From: Octopus vulgaris
Lineage: Eukaryota
DNA: 64,000 nt
Direction of reading: 5' to 3'
Assembly (NCBI GenBank): GCA_951406725.2
Contig: OX597816.1
Coordinates: 116,064,001 to 116,128,000, forward strand
Part shown: positions 14,250 to 29,321 of the stretch, in pieces
Position numbering within the stretch: position 1 is the first letter of the stretch
Layout of the letters: each line of letters opens with the position of its first letter
Notes under the pieces: model-generated
The model's input: only the letters and a program-made list of their open reading frames with translations
Database searches by the model: none
What the model was told of the DNA's origin: nothing
Translations under genes and position numbers: made by a program

Positions 14250-15438
14250 CACATTGCCACAAGCACCTTCATAAATATGTGTGTATGTGTGTGTATACAG
14301 ATATATATTCATATATATATATATGCACTCAAACATACATGTATATTTTCACACACACATATATATGACAGACATAGAGTGTATACATGTATATATATAT
14401 ATACATATGTATATACTTATGTGTACGTGTATATACGCACATACGTCCATACGCATACATCCCTCCACATACATCGAAACAAAACACAAGCTCACATCCA
14501 TCCATACATACATACATACATACATACATACATACATACATACATACATACATACATACATACATACATGCATACGTATTTAACACTGCAACATGAAAAT
14601 TACATGGATTAACACTCATGTAAAACTGCATTTATTTGTGGGATAAATAACTCACTATACATTATTTGCTAGACAAGGAAATTAATATTTTCTTCATGAT
14701 AATGATCGTGATAGTCATCATCATCATCATCGTCATCATCATCATCATCATCATCACATCACCACCACCACCACCACCACCACTACCATCATCATTATCA
14801 TCATCTCAACCATCATCATCAACATTATTATCACTATCATCGTCGTCAGCATCGTCCTTATTGATAATACCAAAACTATTATTAATTGGTTCTATTATTG
14901 CTATTATTATTGCTGTAACCGTTTTTGTACCTATTATTCTTCGTCTAAGCGTTGTTTTTGTTGTTGTTGCTGTTGTTGTTAATACTACTACTATCCTCAT
15001 GACGTTTGTCATGAAAGATGAAGAAGAATTAATATTTTTGCTATCATCATCATCATCATAATTATTCTTATTCTGATTGCAATTATCACTATTATTATTA
15101 TTACTTCTATTATTACAAGAGAGTATTGCAAGCGATAAAACTGTACACCTATATAAATTATCTCTCTAACGTTGCCGTCACTGTCTGCTTGTCTGGAACA
15201 GGGCAATGGTATTTCAACGTATAACATTTAGCGATATTTTTATTATTTTATCCATTTAGTTATCTGTTAACTATTTAACTTTATCATTCTGTCTAAAACA
15301 GGCAGACTGATGTAACAGTTTTAGGTGTATTATTGTATCGAGTTAATTAGATTTTTTTTTAGTTTTTTTAATGTTATTTTGTATTACTAGTTTTTAAAGA
15401 GAGAAAACGCATGTATGAATGCATATACTCACACACAC

Positions 15439-15500
<62 letters not shown>

Positions 15501-15681
15501 ATATGTGTGTGTGTGTGTGTATATGTATATATGTGTCATTATTTATACATGTATACATACATATATGTATACTTAAATATATACATACACATTCGTACAC
15601 AGATATATGAACACATACACACATATATAGGCATGAATGCAAATATATATGTGTGTGTATGTGAGTGTGTGTGTATGTATT

Positions 15682-15723
<42 letters not shown>

Positions 15724-16425
15724 TGTCTGAATGAAGAGTGTATGAAAAGATTTGAGCAAAGTGTTGTTACGAATTACATATCCACACATACACAGTCACA
15801 CACATATGTAGATGGTTATAAATATATATATGCTTACATACTTTTATGCATATATATTTACACATCTACACACACACAGGTATGTGTGTATGTGATATAT
15901 CTTCTCATACGCACACATAACGGAAATTAGTCTCAAGTTTTGTGCTCAGGATGAGAAAAAAATCAGGGGAAAAAATAATAATTATTATTACATCTCGAGT
16001 GTAATTTTGCGAAAAACAGTGAAGCTAAGGTATTTTGCAGGTACTTCAAAGGTAAGTACAAAAGTATTGTCATGAAATGATTGCCTGGTCAATTGCATTT
16101 ATACTTAAAGATAAGTAGATTTTCTAATTTCCATCATGAATGGTAGCCAATTTAGATATCCAGAGAGAGAACTAAATGCGTTTCCTCATTCCCCCAAGTA
16201 TTTTCGGTTTTCATATTGTGTTGCAAATTGATGAAGCATTAGTTTTCACTTTCCTCATAAATATCAAATTCTCTGTTAAGAAAAGACCATCTTGAAAATT
16301 ATATTTTGATGCAAGCCAACTCTTAGCTGATTAAAGAGGTGAAAAGAATAAGTTGACGCTGACGACGACGACGAAGAGGAGGATGATGATGATGACAATG
16401 ACGGCACTGATGCTAATGATGATGG

Positions 16426-16463
<38 letters not shown>

Positions 16464-17228
16464 GCGCTGATGCTGATTTTGATGATAATGATGATGATTA
16501 TGATGATAATGACGTCGACGATGACGGTGGTGGTGGTGGTGGTGGTGATGTTCGTCGTCGTCGTCGTAGTCGTGATGATGACGATGATGACGATGACAAC
16601 GATGGCGATGACGACAACGACTACGACGCCGCCGCCGCCGACGAGGACGATACGGCGATGATGATGATGATGATGATTTGTGTGAACGTGTGTGTCAGTG
16701 ATATTTTGTGAGGTGATATGGTGTGATTCGATGATAATGACGATGTATGACATTATAATGACAAAACCACGTAGACAGACAAATAAAGTGATATAATGTT
16801 AATCACACGAATACTTACAAACAACAGTTTCACCTACACCACAAAGATATACATAAATACGTTGTACGTACATAGATGTATAAAGATAAGCAAAGTGCAT
16901 AAGATCAATATCTAGTACTTTCATTCATGATATATGTGTACACGATGGCCAATGTATATATATATGTTTCGAGATCCATTATTTCAAAGACAATGTGTGT
17001 CTGAGTGTGAGTGTATGTATATGTGTGTACGTAAGACATATACACTGAATTATATGTGTATCTTTCTTATATTTTTCTAGTTAAAAGAGAAGGGCCTTTT
17101 GGTATGATAAAAACCACGCGAGGGATTAAGTCTAACCGTCCGGATAATCCCCAATGGGGTGCGAACGGTTCCAACATATAAACACTCACATGTATAGATG
17201 TACGTATACATATGCATACATATATGTA

Positions 17229-17341
<113 letters not shown>

Positions 17342-17507
17342 ATATGGAGGCATTACATGCAATATCCAAACCCCTTTTCTTTGGTAACTCTCAGGTAGTG
17401 TACCTGCAGAGCACGTTGCCTACCAGGCGTCATCAGCGTTACTGCTCATTCGTCACTGGACCTACGCTCGGAATATACGCGTTGGTTATATTTTACATTA
17501 TTGATAC

Positions 17508-18247
17508 GGAAGACGGAGTGTAACTAGAAGCTTTATTAGTACAACAATCATTTCGGCTTCGTTCTGCACTCCTCCCATGTTGGTGTTGGACGATATAATG
17601 ACATCAGATGCAACGAACAGTCCAGTGAGCCTCATCAGGTGACGTAACATGCTTCAAAAGTTATCAGATTTACATGCATGGATGTACAGGTATGTACGTG
17701 TGTGTGTGTGTGTGTGTGTGTCTGCATGTGTGTCGATGTAGGCAACCACCAAGTCTAGAGACCAGCGTCACACTCCCACAGAAATTGTTGACGACGCCGT
17801 CACGCTTGACTGCAAAAGCCATCCATCAAAGACCTCCATATGCTACAGCTGTTCAATCCGATGCTATAAACACCCGCATTTTACGTGAGAGTCCTTTGTT
17901 TTTATTTTATCTTTTTAACAACGATTTCTTGACCACAAATATAAATACCTCCCTTCTTCGTTTACATTAGAGTGTTTTTCATTTCTTTATATTTTTATCA
18001 ACCACTTCCTGGCCAAAATTTCCTCACTTCACCAAATTGTGTCTCAACCGCTAGCATATAACTTGGAACGAAAATGAAATTTAAATCCGATAATGTTTGA
18101 AGCATGTTATATCACCTAATGAGGCTCAATGATCTGTGCGTTGCATCTGATGTTATTACATCGTTACACACCCACTAAAGAGCAGTGGGGAGTGAAGCAG
18201 AAACGATTGTTGGGCTAATAAAGCTTCTAGTTAAACTCCGGCTTCCA
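17508..18247. mobile_element. PLE-like module with inverted ~150-bp terminal repeats, each carrying a decayed hammerhead
   Basis: 17508-17658 is the imperfect reverse complement of 18096-18247; left copy minus strand reads gtcac-CTGATGA-ggct...agcc-GAAA-tgattg-tt, right copy cac-CTAATGA-ggct...agca-GAAA-cgattg-tt. Confidence 0.7.
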
Positions 18248-18316
18248 CCTCGATAACTTAATGTATATATCTGCATCAATCACTTAACATATATATGTGT
18301 GTGTGTGTTTGTATAA

Positions 18317-18347
<31 letters not shown>

Positions 18348-18466
18348 CGTGTGCGTGTGTATACATATACATATATATATATATGCATTTATATACGTGT
18401 GTATGTATTTATATAAGTATATCTATCTCTTTGTGTGTGTGCTTCTATCTGCGCGTGTGTGTATGC

Positions 18467-18507
<41 letters not shown>

Positions 18508-18509
18508 TG

Positions 18510-18560
<51 letters not shown>

Positions 18561-18600
18561 TAAATTTAAAACATATTTTAAAACATCCACGTATATATAT

Positions 18601-18980
18601 ACTCATTTACTCTTGTTTCAGTCGTTTGACTGTGGCCATGCTAGTGCAAATCGACCCCAGGGCTTATTCTTTGGAAGACTAGTACTTATTCTATCGGTTT
18701 CTTTTGCCGAACCGCTAAGTTACAGGGACGTAATCACACCAGCATCAGCTGTCAAGTGATGTTGGTGGGACAAACAAAGACACACAAACATATACACACA
18801 CATACATACATATATACGACGGGCTTCTTTCAGTTTCCGTCTACCAAATCCACTCACAAGGCTTTGGTCCAGCCGAGGCTATAGTAGAAGACACTTGCCC
18901 AAGGAGCTACGCAGTGGGACTGAACCCGGAACCATGTGGCTGGTAAGCAAGCTACTTACCACACAGCCACTCCCACGCCT
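18601..18980 (-). mobile_element. SINE family A, near full length
   Basis: Colinear with 7001-7396; head ends ccacacagccactcccacgcc. Confidence 0.9.
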
Positions 18981-18984
18981 ATAA

Positions 18985-19193
<209 letters not shown>

Positions 19194-19643
19194 TACATAT
19201 ATACGTGGACATTTTTAAATATGCTTTAAATTTAAGATTTATTTGAACAGTAGAAAATTATACATTTTGCAGTTTTGTAGAAAAAAGCCCGAAGTTGACG
19301 AGAAAATGTATACAAAGCCTACATGAACAAGAACGAATTTTTTCTTTACTATTTTGTACAAGAAAGTTCAAATTTAAAAGCCAATTTAGACATTTTCATT
19401 TCTTTAATATTTAACTAAAATACTTGAATATTACTGAGAGCAATACAAAGAGAAATTAATGGAATATCTGATGACATTTTATGTCTTTCTTGCATGCACA
19501 TATCTGCAAATACAGATATGATACATCTTTTTCATACGCCTCTGTAGAAATGGAATCTGACAGTTATTATACATGTAAGTTCAGTGGGCAGATGTGAAAT
19601 CCTCATGTTCTAATTCTCTTGTTTTCAAAGTTTTGCATTAACA

Positions 19644-19708
<65 letters not shown>

Positions 19709-19709
19709 G

Positions 19710-19748
<39 letters not shown>

Positions 19749-19829
19749 TCTCACACACTTATATATATCTCAGCATGTATGGATATGCAAACATGTAAAA
19801 TATATATATGTATATATGCAATATATACA

Positions 19830-20242
19830 GGCGCAGGAGTGGCTGTGTGGTAAGTAGCTTGCTTACCAACCACATGGTTTTGGATTCATTCCCACTGCAT
19901 GGCACCTTGAGCAAGTGTCTTCTACTATAGCTTCGGGCCGACCAAAGCATTGTGAGTGGATTTGGTAGATGGAAACTGAAAGAAGCCCGTCGTATATATG
20001 TATATATATATGTGTGTTTGTGTGAGTATATGTTAGTGCATCTGTGTTTGTCCCTCCAACCTCGCTTGACAACCGATGGTGGTGTGTTTACGTCCCCGTA
20101 ACGTAACGGTTCGGAAAAAAAGACCGATAGAATAAATACTAGGCTTCAAAAGGGGTCGATTTGCTCGACTAAAGGCGGTGCTCCAGTATGGCCGCAGTCA
20201 AATGAGTGAAACAAATAAAAGAGTAAAAACAGTAAAAAGAGT
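19830..20242 (+). mobile_element. SINE family A, near full length
   Basis: ggcgcaggagtggctgtgtggtaagtagc...ggcaccttgagcaagtgtct...aaaagagtaaaaa tail. Confidence 0.9.
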
Positions 20243-21164
20243 GTGTGTGTAAGACTGCGTTATCTGACATTTGCATACTTTTTGTTACTTATAGTTGATA
20301 TTTCCTAATTAGTCCTTCATATTTTGCCAAGAGCAAAATCTTTCATAAGTCCATCAAGAAGTCTAGAAATTCTCGGTCTCATGCACGGGATTAAATATCT
20401 CTTACTAACAGTTTTTTATTGAGGTGTTTTTGTAGAAAGCATCAAGAATCATAGCTCTAATATTGTTACTGATATATTTCTGACAGAATTAAAATTTAAA
20501 CATTAACTCTAAATTACTTTCAACAGCCATTAATTGTCGTATATTGCATGTTTTTTCTCTTTTTTTTCTTTTTTTCTTTGTTAGATTACTATTAATAAAA
20601 CTTTCAACTTGTTCATCTGCAAGCATTTTTTATAATCAAACATTAGGTGGTTGCGTTATTATCAACTAATGTTTTCTATCTGGTTTCGTTTCGTGTTCTG
20701 TATTGTAATATGCTGCAGTTTTGCTCCATGTAGTAAAATGCATTGTCAGCTGACGTTAAAGCGTTGTTTATTACTTTCTGTGATGAAACCATTAATAAAC
20801 AGCGATACACAAAACTATAACAAAAATGTGCTTAACACGAAACTCAAAGATGTCCTTTAATATCTTAGAAAAATCATAAAGAAAACAATAAGATGAGGAA
20901 ATACATACCACAGGTTTATGTACACGTGTCTGTAAGCATATATATGTATGTGAAAATAGTAAGAGTAGACTAATGTATTCGTTATTATGAACGAAAGAGA
21001 ATATATCCTAATAATAATCAATAATACACTATACGATAACTGCAAATTCCTCAAAATATAAAAATATATAATTACATAATTAAATATTAAACCCAACTAA
21101 TTAATTTACCACTACAAACGCAGCAACATGATCTAATATTCTTTCGACAAATAAAGAGATATTT

Positions 21165-21420
21165 AGATCCAACAAATATCTATGGAACTATAAAGACTCG
21201 CAAACAAAATATAATCTTCTAGTCAATGCAGCTACACACAAGATTATTACAGAACTAAACCTAATCACTAAATATGTACGGAAGAAATATATTTTATACT
21301 CACATCTGGGGTGTTTTAAAAGAAATCCTACAGGAAATCAACAACTTTGGCAATATTTCCCCGAAAGAAAATTCTTCCCCAATGACATCTTAGTCTTGAT
21401 ACTACACCATATATAGAAAT
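21165..21420 (+). pseudogene. possible highly decayed Penelope RT fragment
   Basis: PTNIYGTIKTRKQN resembles the PLE RT motif P.LYG.PK.HK; the rest is too eroded to align by eye. Confidence 0.35.
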
Positions 21421-23013
21421 GCAAGATACAAAATAATAAAAGAATTCGATTATCTTATAATTCCTACAAAGCATTCAATGCATTTAGAAAGAAGTGGTGA
21501 TGTGTTCTCCACGTGGGCGTACGTCTGTGGCTTCAGCTTTGAGAACATAACCATATCATCTGCACTCGATACCTTGAATGTGTATTTACAATAGCTGATG
21601 GGCCAACGGGAGATTATGAGAATAATTTCCTCTTCAATATTAACACTGAACTTTTCTATTTCAGGATAAATAGATACAGCCATTCAGCTTTAAGATATGA
21701 ATTTAGAAATAAGAAACAGTATATGTAGCGCATCTCAATACACAAAAAATGCCATCGAACACATTTATGCATGAGGCCAGCGATTGTCTTTATAGATATA
21801 AAATGTCTGTTCGGAAATCCTTTATGAGACGAGCCATTAAAATTTCATCAACAAAAGATGCTTTTAAAGAAAGAATTCCAATAGGACTAATAAACTTCAA
21901 TCAGTAACGAATACTTGAGTACAAATATTTGTTACTGTAGAGTAATTCAAAGCAAATTTACACTTACAGGTATAACAGACAGTTTTCCAAAGGACAAAGC
22001 ATCATGCAAACAACATATATATATTGTACTATATAAACAAAGTGTACCCTAGTTATAGAATGGATGACGTAGTCATTAAAACAGTGTTATGACAGAGATT
22101 GCAATATATACCGCGCCTATCTACGTACTAACAGTTACAATACAGTGCAGAAACATTAGACATAAAATCATCATCTTCATCATAAACCCATAAATTCTAA
22201 GGCCGCAGAATCTAAGAGTTGTATAGAACCTTTTAGCAACTGATACATGGCATACAACATTTCCTTGGTGGTTTAACATGTATTTGCAACAAGAAACTAC
22301 GAAAGCACTTTACCATACGGAATACTGAATACAAATATAAAAAACAAATACGTTTTTGTTTCAGTGACATGAAGATTTAGAAGGTAATATATTTCGTTCT
22401 CATTAGCTTAATTTGAACTCAATTGAACTTAAGATAGAAGTAGATCACTTGAGTGAGATTTGAATATTCTTGTTAGATGTTCAAGTAACAAATATGAAGC
22501 CACCCTGAAGTCATCAGACATAGTAAAATATATTGTGAATTAAAAAGAAAAGAAGATTCTGATAACTGCTTTTACTAGGATTGTTATTTATTCCATGCAC
22601 GATAAATAAGAGCTGTTTCGTGATTTCTCACATACAGGAAATCTATACGTACGATCATGCTTACATCAGATTTTTCCATTTCTTTTTTCACTCATCTATC
22701 AGAGAAAATATAGCATCCATGCTGACTAGGCTCTAGCGAAAACAAAAAAGGAAAAAAACTTACACATTTTCATCAATTTTTTTTAATGTGCGATGAAGTA
22801 TTTATCTGTTGGGCTTGCTATGTACAATTTCTTTTTTTAATATTACACTTACGTCTTGTGATCATTACTTAAAAACGTTTATGACAGAGCAGAATGATGT
22901 TTCACCGACATATTTTTGATGTAATTCTTTTCCATTGTTTTTCTGTACTACTGAGTGTAGCACTTTTAGATTTGAGGGAAGGCACCATGCCTTAGCGATC
23001 TTGCATGAGGAGA

Positions 23014-23056
<43 letters not shown>

Positions 23057-25599
23057 GTATATATCTTGTATATATTCTAGTGTGGATACATTTCGGTGAA
23101 CAAATGGAAGATAAAGTAGTCAAAAGTAGTTAATAACGCAGCGTATATTTCGTCATTCAAAGCTGATGAATCTCTAGATCACTATTTTAAGTCTATGTAT
23201 ATGTATTTATATACATATATGTATGTATATGTGTGTATAAGCATGTACACATACATACACATAAATATATGAAGTTTGATTATTATTAATCCTAAAGTGA
23301 GCCTATCCTTTCAAGTTGTTCAAATTGCACATGTTAGGAGATTAAAACTCTCTGTTCAAAAATGCTGCTCAATACAGTTTCCGTCTCAAATGGTGCGTTT
23401 GAGCCATAGTTTAACCTACTTCTCGAATCCCATTTTTACAAAAATGCAGGTATGCTCTGCTGTACCTACTTCGCCACTGCAAATCCCGTCTCATTCTGTC
23501 TGAAGACTGTATCCCACTGGAGCGAACATGAGGAATTCAAAGCGTGATGGAACTGGACTGTACAATAGACGAGGAACCACTGGCGAACCCAGATTTCCAT
23601 TTGCCTGATTTGCTACCAAATATGTGTGCAGTCGAGTACTCTCATGGTTTCTATGTATATATACACATGCCTATATCTGTGTGTGTATATATATATATAC
23701 ACAATCATATATATATACACTCATACATATATATCTATGTATGCATGTAAGTATGCATGTATGTATGTATGCATGGATGCATGTATGTATGCATGTATGC
23801 ATGTATGTATGTATGTATGTATGTATGTATGTATGTATGTATGTATGTATGTATGTATGTATGTATGTATGTATGTATGTATGTATGTATGTATGTGAGA
23901 AATAAGGACAAATAGAAGTTTATGATTAACAGGTCCAACGTGCGTTTTACTATTATGGTTGTTTGGAGTCCAGTAGTAGGTGTTCCAAGTGTATTTAGAT
24001 ACTCTGCCACAACGGATCATCAGGGAACAATTTATTATGTTGTAAAAGAGACACAAAAGAATGCAGACAATTACCTCAGACAAAATTCATTAAAAATTTG
24101 GCCTGATAGAACGTAGAGAATCGGAGAAAATCCAATAAATCGACAGTATTTCACACAAACTGGAAATCCAGGTGTATTCATCGCTTGCAGGGTATAGCTA
24201 AAAACAAGTTAAAGAATAAAGATGTTAGCATCACATTTATTATCCCTTTAGAATCTCTTCAACAACAGGAAGGGTAAATAAATTATTCAACACGGCGGAA
24301 CAAATATAAACAAGGATTATGCTGCTCCATGCAACATTAAGAGAAACCGGATATTTCATGAAGGTTATAAAACCACGTAATAAATGTGATACCATTCTTT
24401 TATAGGTTTCACAAACACACACACACACACACAAACATGCATATGTGTGTGTATGTCAGTATATGTGTATGAGCGTGTATATATAAGCATATAAATATAT
24501 ATCCATGTATATTTGTGTGTGTGTGTGTGTGTGTGTGTGTATGCATATTTACATCAGTTACATATCTCAAATTTATAAAGAATAATATTATGCATATTTG
24601 TACACTCGTAAACACCTAAACACGTACAAACAAAATAATCAAAGTGTGTACTTTAGCAAATGCTAATTAAAGATTGACAAAATAAAAACTACACTAAATT
24701 AGATAAACACTACGTTCAAAAATACACAACCATTCACAGTTGTCATTAAAGAAAGAATTTGGAAGTTAGAATTATTTGAAATAACTTCAACCACTATATA
24801 GTATGAAAGTCAAAAACAACATAGATAGCAGCATTAATTATTGCATAAGCGTTTTCTTGTTGCATAAATTTTACAGTGTCTGAAAAAGAGATTGAAGTAG
24901 ATTGGACAACATTGTTTCTCAGATTATACAACGGAGCCGAAAAACATAAGCAGTTAGCTTCAACCAAGTCACCACTTTCAAAACTAATATGTATTGTAGA
25001 TATGCCTGAACTGTTCGCGTAACAGAGCAAGCTTTTAAAGAAATGAGAAACGGAGCCATAATAACGACAGTCTACGTCATCCAGTAAAGCGCTTCTTTTG
25101 GCTCGAGACACACATTCAGAAGCAAACTAAGCCAACAGGCTTGCTTCTTGAAATTCAAACAGAATCGATATCAATATATTCTCATAATGCTTCAGGAAAC
25201 TAAAAAAAAAAACAGTGGATTTATGAACGTCTGTGGTCTCTGGAGCATACTTGTAAATATCCCCAGGATACCAATACGCCATTAAAATGTACTTAATGTT
25301 TAATGGAAACATACTGCATCCTAAATTAAGAAGTCGATTATTCAATATTAACGATAATATATCAAGCCATTGCAAACAAAAAGTGAAATTACTACTAATA
25401 GTATTCTAAATACAACGAATATTGTAGTTCTTGGATTTCAGTAAACACAGCCTTCCAACGAGTGTTGCACTCTCGGCTGTCGGAAAAAGAGTACAATACC
25501 GATAATGGAGAGTATTCTCTTTTAGCCTGAGAAAGACTGCACTGTTGAATAACGTGTAAAAATGACTTTTTATATAGTGATAAAAATGTTTCTTCTGTG

Positions 25600-25797
25600 C
25601 GTTAAATCACTCCCCTCCATCAAATCGAGTTTGCCTGAACAGATACACGATGTGTCACACATCAGGTGTCGAAGTGACCACAGAGTGACAGGAGATAAAA
25701 TGTCTTGTCCAAGAACACAATGCACTACCCAGTTTGGGAATTGAAACACCGATATCTCGATCATGAGTTCAACACCCTAAACACTAAGGCATATGCT
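25600..25797 (-). mobile_element. old tRNA/CORE-like SINE
   Basis: Minus strand gccttagtgtttagggtgttgaactc...gtttcaattccc...ttgtgttcttggacaagacat. Confidence 0.65.
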
Positions 25798-26116
25798 ATC
25801 ACACAACATATAACAACCGTTAAACATCTTACCTAAAATGCAATTCACACACTCAAAGGAAACTACAACACACCGTTTAACCATCATTAAACAAGAAGAG
25901 ACAGGAACCAGTTTCAATCATGTTAAACATTTTGACATTCAGCACTGACTGGCATTGTATTCGAACGTTTGTACGCTGATAATACTTCAAGAGCTATGGA
26001 GTGAATAATCTAATTCGCGCGAATAAACTCTAGGATTTGGAAGTGAGTCCAGGGATTTTCCTTTGCATCGCTAAACTTAACTCTATCATGTATAAACACA
26101 TACATATATGCAAGCT

Positions 26117-26147
<31 letters not shown>

Positions 26148-26192
26148 TTATATATATTTATATATCTATCTATCTATTTATATACATACATG

Positions 26193-26227
<35 letters not shown>

Positions 26228-26354
26228 TTGTTATAATGAGCTTGAAAAGATAATACAAGCAGTACATCGGTAACAATCAACTATTATTTTCTAAAAGTTT
26301 ATATAAATATCGCATTCTTAATTGTTATAATCCAAATATAAAATATCCACCATA

Positions 26355-26411
<57 letters not shown>

Positions 26412-26595
26412 TATATATATGTGTGTGTATAAATATATATATGTATGTATGTATATATATCCATATATAAAGGGAGTTCAATTAGAGGTTGTAAAAACGT
26501 CTATGGCTTATTTATATCCAATAAATTACTGGTGTGTTAACTATATGTGATTATGAATATTAGTATTAATGCTCATAAATGATAGGTAATTAAAG

Positions 26596-26932
26596 AAAAA
26601 TAAGAAAATGGGGATAAAGTTGATAACAATCAATTATTATTTATTGAATACGAAACAAGACAATTTCAAAGGGACAGCATGTAACATCAATTGGTATATC
26701 CTTATTTGCTCTTTCTATTTCTTTTCTTTATTTTCTGCTCTGATGAAGTTCCACTATTTAAGTTGGTATAATTATTAACAAAGATAGTTATTATTATTGT
26801 AATAATCAAGCCTCCTTATGCCCAAAATAGCGTTAACAGAAACCGCTGTTAGATGAGATATTGTCTTTTTTTGTAATCAATAAATAATTGATGTTTATCA
26901 ATTATCAATTTTATCCCCATTTTCTTAGTTTT
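26596..26932 (+). mobile_element. inverted-repeat-bounded module with decayed hammerhead
   Basis: aagaaaatggggataaagttgataa...ttattga (26601-26648) inverts to tcaataa...ttatcaattttatccccattttctt (26877-26926); internal CTGATGA at 26740 ... aaca-GAAA-ccgctg-tt-ag at 26839. Confidence 0.55.
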
Positions 26933-27368
26933 CCTTATATGCATATATGTGTGTGAGTATTTCTCTGTTTATGCATACGTACATACACGCATACGTACAT
27001 ACACACATACGTACATACACGTGCTTATATATGTATGTATGAATGTATGCATATATGCATATATACACACACAGACACAGCACACACGCACACACGTGCT
27101 TATATATGTATCTATGTGTGTTTGTGTGTGTGTGTATGTGTGAGCGTGAAGGCATTAAACACAGCAGGAGCGCATACACGGGGACAGTAAGTGTCGCTGA
27201 AGTGGTCACAGATGTGTGACGAAAGATTTCTGGACAATGGACATTAGTTAAAAATATAAACAGTAATAATCGAGTGAAGAATGAATATATAATGCTTGTG
27301 TTTATTTGGCAAAAAAAAATGACGCTCCCGAAATATAACAACAACACACACACACACACACACATATT

Positions 27369-27405
<37 letters not shown>

Positions 27406-27460
27406 ATATGTGTGTGTGCGTGTGTGTGTATGTATATATGTACGTACGTACATAAATATA

Positions 27461-27501
<41 letters not shown>

Positions 27502-28504
27502 TTTGGAAGCTAATAACTGACTCCGCCGATTCGCAAACGCTCGTATTTGTTTTGTTTGGAAAGGCCTTGTGCAGAAACGAAAAACCCCAAATTTCAATAT
27601 GATGATTCACCATCCATCAGCTTTAAACACATATACGGTGATATATGTGAGCGCATGTATTTGTGCACTGGAGTGTGTATATATGTTTATATGGCTATAT
27701 GTCGATATAATTGTACGTTTATACGTGTTTACGCACACCGTGCACATATACATTCTTGGGTAATGAACAGTATTTTCAGAAAGTGGATCTATGAAAGAAT
27801 TGGCAATATGTTTTGGCTAGTATAGAGAATCCTCTTCCAAACACAGCTATTGTCCCTAGATTGAATATATCCATAAAATGTCTTTTTAAGGTAATATAAA
27901 TGAAGTAGTAAAACAGTCTATGACTTAAAACAGCTTGAAAGGAAAATCTTTAGAATTTGTCTATCAAAGAATATGATTCTAAATAACTGAATTCTGAATT
28001 CTAAAAACAGACAAAAAAATGACTGACTGAGTACTGGATGAATCAATCAATCAATCAATCAATTAATCAAACAAGCCAACAAGCAACTAAGCAATTGATT
28101 TTTTCTTTTCTTTTGTATCTCGATCATATATGATAAAACAGAGTCAATTATTAACTGTTCATAATCATATCGAACTGTAAATGGGTGATTGGCTCTATTG
28201 ACTTCTATGAAGAGCAGAAATATTGTGATTCTGTTATAGTCACGCTGTTTTAGCCTTTGTCGTTGATGTTGTTGTTACTGCTACTGCTGTTGTTGTTGTT
28301 GCTGCTGCTGCTGTTGTTGTAGTTGTTGTTGTTGTTGCTGCTGTTTTTGTTGTTGTTGTTTAGACAGTGTCCCACTCATCACTACTCGACAAATTTATCA
28401 CCAAAAGCATTCCGGCCGTGATCATTTCGACTTCTTGTTCTGAGCAATGCGTCAGTTTTGCTTTTTTAAACATTAGAGTGTGATTTTAAAACTTAAAATT
28501 TAGA

Positions 28505-29005
28505 TATGTTTCGACCAAAAATTGGTCCAGGCCATCTCTAACTTAATAGCACCACCTTATAGGATTATCCAAATCCTGTTTAAGTCAAATTTTGTTTATG
28601 GTCCATTCAAGTAGTGAGTTCTTGTTGAGTGAGTTGTATCCAGGTATGGATGGCTTATCCGGTATTCCTTGAAGAAATCTGTCTAGATTCCGCTTAAAGG
28701 TGATGGGATCCTTTTCCTCTTTGATCTCTTTCGGAACAATGTTAAACAGGACAGGGACTGTTGAGGAAAAGAAATTATATTGCAGTGTACCTATATGCTG
28801 TGATCCTGAATTGGGCAGGGGACGTATGGCCCGTGGTCCCAGCCTTGGATGAATCTTGAAACTAATCTTCAGGTCGTTTGGGCAAAGTTGGCGGTATATT
28901 CTCCACATCGTACAAATGATGTACCGCTCGCGCCGGTACTGGAGAGAGTAGAATTTCAAGGATTTAAGGCGGTCCTAATAATCCAGACCATTCATGCCTT
29001 TTAAT
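28505..29005 (-). pseudogene. 5'-truncated CR1/L2-group LINE 3' end (ORF2 C-terminus)
   Basis: LDY*DRLKSLKFYSLQYRRERYIICTMWRI...FFS...LFNIVPKEIKEE...FKRNLDRFL, the typical Y.ERL..L.L.SL..RR.R / WN.LP / FK..LD tail. Confidence 0.8.
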
Positions 29006-29158
29006 GTGAAACTTGTGTCGGTTTAAGCTCCCATGTTGAAACTTCCGCATTCACAACAGCCGGCATGCTCGAGAGAAGTTCGCTATTTGTTGTCAATGAA
29101 AGGGTGTACTACAAGAGATACTTCTGAATGATGCTGAAGGTAAGAGAAGACTAGATCG

Positions 29159-29253
29159 ATGATGACAACAGCAGCGACGATGAAAATGGTGATGAGGACT
29201 ACAAGAATTATGGTGGTGGTGGTGGTGGTGGTGGTGGTGGACGTGGTGGTGGA

Positions 29254-29321
<68 letters not shown>

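Noticed and set aside
22608-22640. Minus-strand ctgtat-gtga-gaaa-tcac-GAAA-cagctc
   Set aside because: Core and stem I defective; may be chance
23920-25400. Possible BEL/Pao integrase or RNase H traces (e.g. ATLRETGYF)
   Set aside because: Only isolated short motifs; cannot be supported without a profile search
27545-27590. tggaaag-gccttgtgca-GAAAcg hammerhead-like trace
   Set aside because: Several core changes needed
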